Source: a virus | Taxonomy: Duplodnaviria > Caudoviricetes | DNA length: 44,812 nucleotides | Direction: 5' to 3' (one strand) | Virus record (IMG/VR): IMGVR_UViG_3300049982_000159 | Span: 1-44,812 of that record | In this document: positions 8,294 to 18,400 of the stretch, in pieces | Layout: every line of letters begins with the position of its first letter | Position numbering within the stretch: the stretch's first letter is position 1 | Translations under genes and position numbers: made by a program | Notes under the pieces: model-generated | Told to the model about the DNA's origin: nothing | The model's database searches: none | Seen by the model: the letters and a program-made list of their open reading frames with translations, nothing else

Positions 8294-9176
8294 CGTTGCG
8301 CAGCAGCACTACGACGAGCGCCAGGCAATCGTCGGCGAGGTCGTGGACGCCGGCGTGCAGATGTGGAGCCAGGTCAGCCCAGGAGACCTGACCGGGTCGT
8401 GGGCGCGGCTGATGTCCCGGCTCGCGGTGGTGCTGCGCGCCGGACAGCTCGCGGCGGCTGCCTCGGCGGACGAGTTCGTCGACGAGGCGCTCAGGCAGCA
8501 AGGGCAGAAGCCGGAGCGGGCCGGCCGAACGTCGGCGACGGCGTTCTCCGGGATCGCGTCGGACGGGCGAGGCCTGGATTCGCTGCTGCTGAACCCGGTC
8601 ATCGCGACGAAGGTCGCGATCGGGAAGGGCAACAGTCTGGATCGGGCGCTCGGAAGCGGCCGGGCGTCGCTGGCGATGGTGCTGCGGACGCAGGTCGCCG
8701 ACGCCGGCCGGGTCGCTGACGGTGTGGCGATCGCCGCGCGGCCGCGCACGACGTGGACGCGGATGGCCGTCGGGGACTCGTGCCCGCGCTGCATTCTCCT
8801 GGCCGGCCGGGTCTACCGGTACAGCGAGGGGTTCCTGCGGCACCCGCTGTGCGACTGCGTGCACATTCCCACCGCCGAAGACACCGGCGACGACTTCACC
8901 ACCGACCCGCGGCAGGCGTTCGACGAAGGCCGCGTGGTCGGGCTGTCCAAGGCGGACGAACAGGCGATCCGCGATGGCGCCGACCTCGCGCAGATCGTCA
9001 ACGCGCACCGCGGCATGACGGTCGCCGGCGTCACGACCGAGGGCACGACGCGCCGCGGCTTCGCCGGGCGCCGGCTCGCCGGACGCGCCCGGCTGATGCC
9101 GGAACGGATCTACCGCGAGTCCGACTCGCGGGAACAGGCGATCGAGCTGCTGCGGCAGCACGGCTACATCGTCTGA
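8280..9176 (+). CDS. minor capsid / head maturation protein (MuF-like)
   Basis: SC.RC.LLAGR.Y.....F.RHP.CDC motif; lies between portal and scaffold. Confidence 0.8.
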   Translation: MSAADVAQQHYDERQAIVGEVVDAGVQMWSQVSPGDLTGSWARLMSRLAVVLRAGQLAAAASADEFVDEALRQQGQKPERAGRTSATAFSGIASDGRGLDSLLLNPVIATKVAIGKGNSLDRALGSGRASLAMVLRTQVADAGRVADGVAIAARPRTTWTRMAVGDSCPRCILLAGRVYRYSEGFLRHPLCDCVHIPTAEDTGDDFTTDPRQAFDEGRVVGLSKADEQAIRDGADLAQIVNAHRGMTVAGVTTEGTTRRGFAGRRLAGRARLMPERIYRESDSREQAIELLRQHGYIV

Positions 9177-9231
9177 CGCCCGGCCGCGCGATGCGGCCGG
9201 GAAAACCCCTCTGCGATGGAGGAACACCACC

Positions 9232-9963
9232 GTGAACACCGACCTTCCCATCCACCCGCGTACCGGACTCCGCGCTGTCGGTATCGGCAAGCGCGGTCCG
9301 ATCTGGCCGATCTTCGGCGCCGAGGACAATCCGCCGCCGGCTGCTCCGGCTGGCCAGCCGACTCCGACCCCGCCGGCCGCGCCCGTCCCGGCGCCGCCCG
9401 GCCAGCCGGCACCCGTGACCACCCCGCCGGCGGGCGACCCGCCGAACGGACCTGCCGATGGCGACAAGCCGCTCGGCCCGAACGGCGAAAAGGCGCTGCA
9501 GGCCGAACGCAAGCGCGCCGACGACATGGAGAAGCAGCTGAAGGCGCTCGCGCCGCTGCAGAAGCTCGCTGAGGCGCTCGGCGGCGCCGGCGACCCCGCG
9601 ACGGGGCCGACGGACATCGAGAAGATCACCGAGCGGCTGACGAAGCACGAGACCGAGCTCGCCGGCGAACGCTCGGCGCGGTGGCGCGCCGAGATCGCCA
9701 ACGAGAAGGGCCTGACGATCGAACAGGCAGCGCGGCTGCAGGGCGACTCAAAGGACGCGCTCGCCGCCGACGCGGACGCGCTCAAGGCCCTGTTCCCCAC
9801 CGCTCCGCTCGCGCCCGGCACGCCGCGGCCCGATCCGAGCCAGGGGGGTCTCGGCGGCGGCAGCGCGAACCTCGACTCGCAGATCGTCGAGGCGCAGAAG
9901 GCAGGCGACGTCCGGAAGGTCATCGCGCTGCAGCGCCAGAAACTCGCCAACGTCAAGCAGTAA
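9232..9963 (+). CDS. scaffolding protein
   Basis: Pro-rich linker, LG..GEKAL.AER, coiled coil, P.PDPSQG; directly upstream of the capsid gene. Confidence 0.85.
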   Translation: MNTDLPIHPRTGLRAVGIGKRGPIWPIFGAEDNPPPAAPAGQPTPTPPAAPVPAPPGQPAPVTTPPAGDPPNGPADGDKPLGPNGEKALQAERKRADDMEKQLKALAPLQKLAEALGGAGDPATGPTDIEKITERLTKHETELAGERSARWRAEIANEKGLTIEQAARLQGDSKDALAADADALKALFPTAPLAPGTPRPDPSQGGLGGGSANLDSQIVEAQKAGDVRKVIALQRQKLANVKQ

Positions 9964-10005
9964 CCGGGCGCCCGTGCGCCCCAGACCTGACAAGGAGCAA
10001 CCCAC

Positions 10006-11190
10006 ATGGCTGGGATTTCCGCACTGGGCACCACGTACAACCTGCCCAACTACTCCGGCATCCTGTACCAGCTGAGCCCGGCCGACACGCCGTTCTTCTC
10101 CGCGATCGGTGGCCTGACCGCCGGCGGCGGGCAGACCACGGACGTCGAGTTCGAGTGGGAAGGGTTCGACCTTCGCGCGCCGGGGCAGAACACGGCGCTG
10201 GAAGGCCAGGACGCGCCGACCGACCAGAACCGGGTCCGGACGAACTTCAGCAACATCCTGCAGATCCACCAGGAAGCGGTCGGTGTCTCGTACACCAAGC
10301 AGGCCGCGACCGGGCGCAAGTCCGGGCTGAACAACATGCAGTCGAACCCCGTCGTGGACGAGCTCGACTGGCAGACCGAGCAGATGCTCAAGCAGATGGT
10401 CCTCGACGTCAACTGGTCGTACCTGAACGGGACGTACCAGAAGCCGTCCGACAACACCACGGCCCGGAAGACGCGCGGTCTGCTCGCGGCGACCGTGTCG
10501 AACGTCGTCGACGCGGCTGGTGGCGTCACCGCGACGGGTACGGCGGCCGCGGCCACCGACCTGATCACGCTGACCGCGCACGGCCTCGTCAACGGTGACA
10601 CGGTGACGTTCTCCAGCGTCGGCGCGGCGACGCCGCTGCTCGTGGGTGTCGCGTACTACGTCGTGAGTTCCTCGGCGAACACCTTCTCCGTCGCGGCGAA
10701 GAAGGGCGGCACCGCGGTGAACATCACCGTGGACGGCACCGTGATCTGGTCCAAGGGCGTCACCCTCACGACTGGTCTGCTCGGTGACGCGATGCAGCTG
10801 GCCTACGACGGCGGCGGGCTCTCCGAGTCGGCCACTGCGACGATCCTCGCGGGTTCGATGCAGAAGCGGGCCATCACTGCCGCCTGCACCGCGGCCGGCT
10901 GGGTCACGAAGGAGCTCGCGGGCAACGTCGGTGGCGTCAACGTGACCCACGTGGAGACCGACTTCGGAGTCCTGAACATCATGCTGGACCGCGCGATGCC
11001 GCAGTCCACCATCGAGATCGCGTCGCTGGAGCAGTGCAAGCCGGTCTACCTCGAGGTCGACGGAAAGGGCCACTTCTTCGAGGAGCCGCTGGCGAAGACG
11101 GGCGCGAAGGACCGCAACCAGCTGTACGGCGAGACCGGACTGGCCTACGGCAACGAGAAGGCCCACGCCAAGCTCACCAACCTGAAGTGA
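10006..11190 (+). CDS. major capsid protein (DUF5309/SU10-like) with inserted beta-domain
   Basis: TTYNLPNY.G.L..L.P.DTPF.SAIG, FEW, ETDFG.LNIMLDR, FFEEPLAKTG...QLYGE.GL.YGNE..H. Confidence 0.9.
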   Translation: MAGISALGTTYNLPNYSGILYQLSPADTPFFSAIGGLTAGGGQTTDVEFEWEGFDLRAPGQNTALEGQDAPTDQNRVRTNFSNILQIHQEAVGVSYTKQAATGRKSGLNNMQSNPVVDELDWQTEQMLKQMVLDVNWSYLNGTYQKPSDNTTARKTRGLLAATVSNVVDAAGGVTATGTAAAATDLITLTAHGLVNGDTVTFSSVGAATPLLVGVAYYVVSSSANTFSVAAKKGGTAVNITVDGTVIWSKGVTLTTGLLGDAMQLAYDGGGLSESATATILAGSMQKRAITAACTAAGWVTKELAGNVGGVNVTHVETDFGVLNIMLDRAMPQSTIEIASLEQCKPVYLEVDGKGHFFEEPLAKTGAKDRNQLYGETGLAYGNEKAHAKLTNLK

Positions 11191-11197
11191 GGACGGC

Positions 11198-11536
<339 letters not shown>

Positions 11537-11555
11537 CGAGGGAGGCGGAGGTCCG

Positions 11556-12137
11556 ATGGCTGATCTGCTCGCGACGGCTGCGGACCTCCGCAACCTGCTC
11601 GACGAAACCGAGGGCACGCTCTCCGACGACAAGGCGGAGGTGGTGCTGCGGATCTCGTCCGCCGCGGTCCGGATGGCGGCCCGGCAGCACATCACCGCGG
11701 TCACGGGTGACACCGTGGTCCTGATCGGGGATCCGGGGCAGTGGCTCGAACTGCCGCAGCGGCCGGCGACCGCGGTGACGTCGGTGAAGGTCGACGGCGG
11801 CGTGGTGGCGGACTTCAAGCGGTTCGGGAACCGGCTGTGGCGTCGCTGCGGCTGGGAGATCTGCCGAGGCGAGCCGGCCGCGGTGGAGGTCGTCTACTCG
11901 CACGGGTATGAGACGTGGGACGACAAGGTCGAGTACGCGTCGGGGATCGCGCTGACGTTGGCGGCGAAGCTGTTCACCAACGTCGTCGGCGCGACCGGGA
12001 TGTCCATCGACGACTTCAGCCTGCAGTTCACGCAGACGTCCACGTCGGACCTGGCGGGGACGATCCCTCCGAACGTCGTGAAGTTGCTGCGGTACGAGTA
12101 CGGCGCCCGCGCTGGTCTCGTAGGGATCGGCGGGTGA
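11556..12137 (+). CDS. head-to-tail adaptor (193 aa)
   Basis: LAT.ADL, LELPQRP..V.SV.VDG, V.V.YSHGY motifs; position. Confidence 0.8.
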   Translation: MADLLATAADLRNLLDETEGTLSDDKAEVVLRISSAAVRMAARQHITAVTGDTVVLIGDPGQWLELPQRPATAVTSVKVDGGVVADFKRFGNRLWRRCGWEICRGEPAAVEVVYSHGYETWDDKVEYASGIALTLAAKLFTNVVGATGMSIDDFSLQFTQTSTSDLAGTIPPNVVKLLRYEYGARAGLVGIGG

Positions 12138-12535
12138 GCGCCGCGGGGCGCCTGGCGCTCGCCGGTCGGCGCCGCGCCGAGGCCATCATGGTTGACCAGT
12201 GCACGATCCGGCCGATCACCGGCCACGGCCCGGCGGACCCGGATACCGGGGTGGTGCCGACGCTCTACGGGGCGGCGCTCTACGCGGGAAAGTGCAAGAT
12301 CCAGACGCAGAAGCCGTTCCCGAGTTCGCCGGACGCCGGGGAGCACCTGTGGACCGTGGGACCGCTGTACCTGCACCTGCCCGTCGTGGGGTCGGAGAAC
12401 GTCGCGACCGGGCACGAGGTGCAGATCACCGCGTCGGCGGACCCGGCGAACGTCGGCCGGATCTTCCGAGTGAAGAGCGGGGACCGGAAGACGTACGCGA
12501 CCGCCTACCGGCCGCTCGTTGAGGAGGTGACCTGA
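12134..12535 (+). CDS. head-to-tail stopper (DUF6093-like, 133 aa)
   Basis: GR..AE..M.D.C.I, DP.TG, Y.GKC.IQ, LHLPV motifs. Confidence 0.8.
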   Translation: MSAAGRLALAGRRRAEAIMVDQCTIRPITGHGPADPDTGVVPTLYGAALYAGKCKIQTQKPFPSSPDAGEHLWTVGPLYLHLPVVGSENVATGHEVQITASADPANVGRIFRVKSGDRKTYATAYRPLVEEVT

Positions 12536-12538
12536 ATC

Positions 12539-12907
12539 GTGGCCACTGTAGACACCAGCCAGCTGGAGAAGCTGGCCGCGGACCTCGCGGCGGTGCCGGC
12601 GGAGACGCGGCCGAAGTTCTCGAAGGTCGTCGAGCGGGGCGCGCTGAACATCAAGAACGGGCTGCGCGCCGACGCGGCCGGTCACCCGACGTACCGGTAC
12701 TTCCCGACGTCGATCTCCTACGACATGACCGGCGAGTTTTCGGCGGAGATCGGGCCGGACAAGGACCGGGTTCAGGGAGCGTTGGGGAACATCCTGTACT
12801 TCGGAACGAGCAAGAACGCGCCGCAGCTGAGCCTCGAAGGTCCTCTGCAGAAGGAGATCCCGCGGTTCGAGGATGCGCTCGCTGACGTCGCCGAGGACAT
12901 CCTGTGA
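12539..12907 (+). CDS. neck/tail completion protein (HK97 gp10-like)
   Basis: L.KLAADL, ISYD, AEIGPDK...QGALGN.L.FGTS.NAP. Confidence 0.75.
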   Translation: MATVDTSQLEKLAADLAAVPAETRPKFSKVVERGALNIKNGLRADAAGHPTYRYFPTSISYDMTGEFSAEIGPDKDRVQGALGNILYFGTSKNAPQLSLEGPLQKEIPRFEDALADVAEDIL

Positions 12908-13305
12908 GCCACCGAGCGGCGATCAAGACACTGCTGGCGGCGTGCACGATCGGCGGCTACCCGGGCGGGCAGGTCATCGACCCGCCGACGTTCCCGTACT
13001 GGGTGCTGTTCATGGACACCGGCTCGGACGATCAGGAGAAGCTGTGCGGGACGTCGAACAAGACGACGTTCCGGTGGCAGGTGACGTCGGTCGGTGAGAC
13101 CGACGACGCCGCGGAGATCGTGGCCAGCAAGACGTCCGCGTTGCTCGTCGACGTCCGCCCGGTCGTGGCCGGCTGGTCGCCGGGCCTGATCCGGCGGGTC
13201 ATGTCGATCCCTGTCCGGGCTGACAAGGACGTGTTCCTGCCGGGCTCCAACCTCCACCCGATGTACGCGGTGGACTCGTACGAACTCGTGTCCCGAAAGG
13301 ACTGA
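12904..13305 (+). CDS. tail terminator
   Basis: P.FPY.VL, WQVTSVG, L...RP.V.GW; position. Confidence 0.75.
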   Translation: MSHRAAIKTLLAACTIGGYPGGQVIDPPTFPYWVLFMDTGSDDQEKLCGTSNKTTFRWQVTSVGETDDAAEIVASKTSALLVDVRPVVAGWSPGLIRRVMSIPVRADKDVFLPGSNLHPMYAVDSYELVSRKD

Positions 13306-13308
13306 ACC

Positions 13309-13647
13309 ATGGCCAACATCGCTCAGGTGCAGGCGCTGCCGGGAGGTTCCGCGGTGCTCACCGGGACCACGCCCACGGCGGGCCCGGACAACCTCATCCC
13401 CGGTGACCCGTCCGCCCCCGTCTACCTGTGGGTGGACAACGCGTCCGGCGGTTCGACGACCATCACGATCCTGGTCCCCGGCACCACCAAGTACGGGCAG
13501 GCGCAGCCCAGCATCACCGGCACGGTCGCCGCCGGCGCGAAGAAGGTGTTCGGGCCGTTCTACAACGACCTGCAGCAGCCGGACTTCCTCATCGACGTCA
13601 CCTCCTCGGCGACGACGTCGGTATCCCTCTACAGCTTCCGGGGCTGA
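13309..13647 (+). CDS. putative virion structural protein (112 aa)
   Basis: AAGGA SD; L.V.NASGGS.T.TI..PG...V.AG...FGPF beta-rich protein in the tail operon. Confidence 0.7.
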   Translation: MANIAQVQALPGGSAVLTGTTPTAGPDNLIPGDPSAPVYLWVDNASGGSTTITILVPGTTKYGQAQPSITGTVAAGAKKVFGPFYNDLQQPDFLIDVTSSATTSVSLYSFRG

Positions 13648-13652
13648 CCGCC

Positions 13653-13934
13653 ATGATCATGGACCCGGAGCTGTTCACCCGCGCGAAGTCGAAGAGCCAC
13701 GGCGGTGTCGCGGCGCTGCCGAAGCAGGCACTCGAGGCGGGGCTCTTCCCCGACTGGGAGGCCGTGAAGGGCCCGCTGCCGGAGGCGCCGAAGTCGGCGG
13801 TCGTGTTCCCGAAGCTCGTCGACGACCCCGAGCCGGAGCCCGTCGACGACGGCCCGGCCATCGAACCCGAGCCGGAGCAGCAGGCGCCGGCCGCACCCGA
13901 CAAGCCCGCCGACAAGCCGTCGGCCAGGAAGTAG
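13653..13934 (+). CDS. hypothetical protein (93 aa)
   Basis: GC3-rich frame filling the gap before the major tail gene; low-complexity C-terminus. Confidence 0.65.
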   Translation: MIMDPELFTRAKSKSHGGVAALPKQALEAGLFPDWEAVKGPLPEAPKSAVVFPKLVDDPEPEPVDDGPAIEPEPEQQAPAAPDKPADKPSARK

Positions 13935-13943
13935 GAGCAGGCC

Positions 13944-14423
13944 ATGCCCGACATGTTGACCGACGGCAACATCAAGGTCACGTACGTCCCGACCATCGCC
14001 AACACCGCAGCCCCCACCACCGCGGAGCTCGCCGCGGGCACCGCACTGGAGTGCATCATCACCGCCGACGGGCTGGACTTCTCGGTCGACGAGGAGACTG
14101 TGTCGATCCCGAAGCTGTGCGAGACCATCACCGCGGAAGCGCCCGGGCGGGTGAAGTACGGCGTCTCCCTCACGCTGGTGCGGAAGACGACCGTCCCCGA
14201 GGACGTCGCCTGGACCACCCTGATCCGCGGACTGACCGGGTACCTGGTGATCCGCTACAACCTGCCCGTCGCGACCGCCTACGCCTCCGCTCAGAAGGTT
14301 CAGGTGTTCCCGGGCGCGTTCGGCGAGCGCAAGCAGCAGAAGCCGGAAGCGAACTCGGCGGTCAAGTTCATGTCGCAGTTCTTCGTCAACGCGCAGCCGA
14401 AGCCGGACGCCGCGGTCGCGTAA
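13944..14423 (+). CDS. major tail protein
   Basis: DGN.KV..VPTIAN..APT.AEL.AG..L.C.IT.DG; GYLV.R. Confidence 0.88.
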   Translation: MPDMLTDGNIKVTYVPTIANTAAPTTAELAAGTALECIITADGLDFSVDEETVSIPKLCETITAEAPGRVKYGVSLTLVRKTTVPEDVAWTTLIRGLTGYLVIRYNLPVATAYASAQKVQVFPGAFGERKQQKPEANSAVKFMSQFFVNAQPKPDAAVA

Positions 14424-14433
14424 CCCCCAGGTC

Positions 14434-14506
14434 GTGCCGTCGCGGTTTGGTCTCCCTGGACCGCGGCGGCGCTTCACCCGTACTCAGGGAGAACATTCAG
14501 GGAGAC
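14434..14506 (+). promoter_or_regulatory. hairpin with anti-SD loop upstream of the tail chaperone
   Basis: 15-bp stem 14434-14448/14458-14472; GTCTCCCTG (14450-14458) is complementary to CAGGGAGA at 14485-14492 and CAGGGAGAC at 14498-14506. Confidence 0.5.
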
Positions 14507-14509
14507 AAG

Positions 14510-15046
14510 ATGAACAAGGCTGACGTGTCGAAGCTGCTGGCCTCGGCGAAGCGCCCCGAACGCACCGTCGTTCTGTGCATGCGCGGGGATCTGCAGGCTG
14601 ACTGGGAAGACCTCGACCGCAAACTGATCGCGGCCCGTACGCAGCGAGTCGCGACGCTCGCCGGCGGAACCGAAGAAGAGGCGGGTTTCGCCGCCAAGAT
14701 CCAGGAGCTCGAAGCGGAGATGGCGGAGAACTCCATCACCTTCCGACTTCGGGCGCTGCCCCGGCGACAGTTCCTCGAGTTGACTCAGGCGCACCCGCCG
14801 CGTGCGGGCGACGAGCGCGACAAGTCGATCGGCCTGAACGCCGACACCTACTACGACGCCCTCATCGGCGCGTGCCTCCTCGAGCCGGAGCTCGAGCAGG
14901 ATGAGCTGACGGAATTCCTCGATCTCCTCACCTCCCGGCAGTTCGAAGAACTGATGGAGGCGGCGTGGAACCTGAACCGAGGTGACGTCTCCGTCCCTTT
15001 CTCGTACACCGCCTCGCGCACAACCCGGAGCTCCGAAGGGACGTAG
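14510..15046 (+). CDS. tail assembly chaperone (G-like, 178 aa)
   Basis: AGGGAGA SD; FRLRAL, HPPR..D, QF.EL..AAW.LN...VSVPFS. Confidence 0.85.
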   Translation: MNKADVSKLLASAKRPERTVVLCMRGDLQADWEDLDRKLIAARTQRVATLAGGTEEEAGFAAKIQELEAEMAENSITFRLRALPRRQFLELTQAHPPRAGDERDKSIGLNADTYYDALIGACLLEPELEQDELTEFLDLLTSRQFEELMEAAWNLNRGDVSVPFSYTASRTTRSSEGT

Positions 15047-15420
15047 AAGCCGCTACCCGGCTGGGGATCTCTCACAGGCGGTTCTCCGGGTGGGAACCGA
15101 CCGAGGTGGCTGAGCGGCGCGGCAAGAAGGTCTTCACGACCCGCGAGTCGGAGTGGGACGACGAACAGCGCGGCCTGGTGCTGGCGTTGCTGGACTTCGA
15201 ATCCCAGACCTGTCACGGCTGTGGCGGGTTCTTACCCGAAACCACTGACGAGAAGGCCTCGTATACGGCGGAGGCGCCGTACCGCTGCTACCGGTGCACC
15301 GCCCTGAACAGACAGAAGGCGGAGTACCACAAAGACTTCAAGGACGACGAGACCGGCAAGTTCGACGCGTTGGCGGTTTGGCCTGTGACTGAGCGACGTA
15401 GGGAGGTGCCGGGTGGTTGA
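14995..15420 (+). CDS. tail assembly chaperone -1 frameshift extension (GT-like; fused product about 303 aa)
   Basis: Slippery C CCT TTC at 14995-15001; the -1 frame is open to 15420 (LGIS.RRF.GWEP...ESEWD.E.R...C.GCG...CYRC). Confidence 0.8.
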   Translation, partial: PFLVHRLAHNPELRRDVEAATRLGISHRRFSGWEPTEVAERRGKKVFTTRESEWDDEQRGLVLALLDFESQTCHGCGGFLPETTDEKASYTAEAPYRCYRCTALNRQKAEYHKDFKDDETGKFDALAVWPVTERRREVPGG

Positions 15421-18400
15421 GCGGACCGTATCGGTCAAACTTCGCATGGACATCGCCGACTATCTGGCGAATTCCCTTAAGGCGTCAGGGGCGAACAGGG
15501 ACGTCGAGAAGTCCGCTCGAGACCTCCGTAAGGCGCTCGACGAAGAAGAGGCCGCCGCGGGGCGGCTCCGTGTCGCTCAGGCGCGACTCACCGAGGTGCA
15601 GGCCGACGGGAAGACGAAAGCTTCCCAGCTCGCTGCCGCAGAGGAAGAAGTCTCGCGGGCGCAGCGGCAACACGAGACCTCGACGGACCGGGTGACGCAG
15701 GCCAACAAGCGGTACGTCGAGTCTCAGCGCGAGGTCGCGAGTGAGGCGGCGCGCGCCGCCAAAGAGACGGAACGCTCCAGTAAGCAGTCCGAAGACTCCG
15801 TGGGGCGGATGGCGAAGCGCACCAACGATCAGTTCGACGCCCTGAAGTTCACCGGACTGTCAGTGGGCTTGCCGGCGGCGGCAACAGTAGGCGCCGCCGG
15901 GGTGACCGCGGCACTCGTCGGCACCGCGGCGGGGTTCGCCGTACTAGGCGTGTATGCAGCCTCGTCGTCGGAGCAGGTGCAGAACGCCTTCGGCGACCTG
16001 TCCAGCCGGGTGATGAACGACGTCACCCAGATGGGCGGCCTGGTCGAGGGTGACGTCTTGGCTGCGATCGACGGCATCGGCGCGGCGTGGGGTCGGCTCA
16101 GCCCGCAGGTTGCCGCGGCAGTTCAGGGCTCGGCGCCGGCTATCCGCGAGTTGAGCGGGGCCGCAACCGATCTCGCCGAGGGCGCCATGCCGGGGCTTGT
16201 GACCTCGGTGGCTGCGTCCGAGCCGGTCCTCAAGGGCGTGAGGACCTTCGCTGGGCAGGCCGGCGCAGGCCTGGGGGAGTTCTTCGCGAACGCCTCCCAG
16301 GGAAGCGAAGGCGCCCGGCAGGGGTTCGTGGTGTTCGGCGGGACCGTTCAACTCCTGGAGGCTCGGCTGGGGACGCTGTTCGCGAACCTCGCGAATGGAT
16401 CCGTGGGTCCCCTGCGGACGTTGCACTCGATGGTCGATCAGGTGAGCGCATCCCTGATCGACCTCACTGCACAGGGGTCGGGAGCGCTCGGGTTCCTGCA
16501 GGGGTTCGGCAACGCCGGAAACGGGGCTATAACCGTACTGCGCGGCCTCGTGGCAGCGGCTTCCGCGCTTCCGCCGCAACTCACCCAGATGGCTGGGTCC
16601 TGGACGGCGGCGTCGCTGATCGCGTCCAAGTTCGGCGTGGACGCCGGCAAGGGATTCGAAGGCCTTGGGGCGAAGGTCAAGGCCGCGGAGGGCCCGAGCA
16701 ACAAGCTGAAGACCGCCATCGGCGGACTGGCTGAAGGTGCACTGAACCCGGCCTTCCTCGCGACCACGGCCCTCGGGATCGGCTTGGACATCCTCGGCGA
16801 GGCCCAGCAGAAGGCGTCGCAGAAGGCGGCAGATCACGCGGACAACGTCCGGAGCCTCACGCAGGCTCTTCGCGAGGACGAGGGTGCCTACGGGGATCAC
16901 TCGAACGCGGTGAACGTGGACGCGTTGAACTCGAAGAACGCCACCAAGAACCTCGGCGTCTTCGGCGCGACCATGGGCACGGCCAGGCTCGCCATTCAGG
17001 GCAACTCCGGCGCGATGCGCGACCTCACCGACCGGTCGAACGCGGCGATCGTCAGCATCGGCCGTCAGGCCGGCCTGAACGACACTCAGGTCGACGGGTT
17101 GAAGCGGCTGAACGCCGGATTGCTGCAGAACGGTGGCGCGTACGAGGACGTGAAGACCAAGGTGGAGAACCTGACGGGGACGTACACCTCGTCAGGTCGG
17201 TCCGCTGGCGTCATGGTCTCGAAGCTCACCGATGGGCAGCGTCAGTTCCTCGAGGCGACCCTCAACGGCACGGGCGCTGTCGGCGAGCAGATCAAGGCGC
17301 AACGCGAGGCGACGGAGGCCTACCGTCTGTCCCAGGCCGCGCTGTCTGGGCTGAACGTCGAAGAGATCGCCATGTGGGAGGCAACCACTGGTCTCTCTCC
17401 GGCGATGTATGCGGCGAAGGCGGCGGCGACGGATCTGGAGACAGCGTTCGCTGCGCTGAACGTGGTCGGCGGAGACGTTGTCGCGAAGGGCAACGCGATC
17501 ATCGATGCGATGCTTCGCCTCGCCGGGCAGACGCCGACCGTGGAGGAGTCGCTCCAGAAGTGGAACGACGACCTGCGTGGCATCAAGGACGGGTTCGAGA
17601 AGCTCGACTTGAAGAAGCACGCCAAGGACCTCATCGACGTCTCAGGCGCGATCAACACCTCGTCTGAGGCTGGTTCGAAGCTGCAGAACACGGTCCAGCA
17701 GCAGACTTCCGACTTCGCTGCGTACGCGCAGTCCCTAAAGGACGCCGGCGCCTCTTCGGGAGAGGTTACCGGGAAGCTGAAGGGGATGCGCGACGAGTTC
17801 GCGGGTCAGCTGAAGCAGCTCGGGTTGAACGACACGCAGATCGGGAAGCTGCTCGATCACTACGGGATGATCCCGGGCAAGGTCGCCACGCAGCTTTCCC
17901 TTGAAGGCGACACGGAGACACAGACACAGCTGACGAACATCACCCGCCAGCTGAAGGCTGTTCCGGAGGAGAAGGGCGTGCACGTCCAGATCTTGTCGGA
18001 GGCTGCGAAGCAGAGCCTGACGGATCTCGGCTACACGATCGTGAAGCTTCCGGACGGAACGTTCCAGGTCTTCGCGGATACGACAGGTGCGAAGAAGGCA
18101 GCGAACGACGAGGTAGCCCGCGTGAACGGGCTGGTTGGTACGGCGGCGGTCTATGCCAACACCGCGCCGGCCGGGCAGGCCGTAATGAACTGGCTGAACA
18201 CCACAACGCAGACGGTCGGAGAGACGACCACGAGCACGAACACGGATCCGGCTACGGGGAAGGTGACGTTCTGGCAGACCAGTACCGACAGGACTGGCGC
18301 CAAGACGACCACCTATTCCAATGTGGACCCGGCGACGGGTGCGGTGCAGACGTGGAAGCTGAACTCCAACGGCACGTGGGCGAAGATGACCGCATACGCG

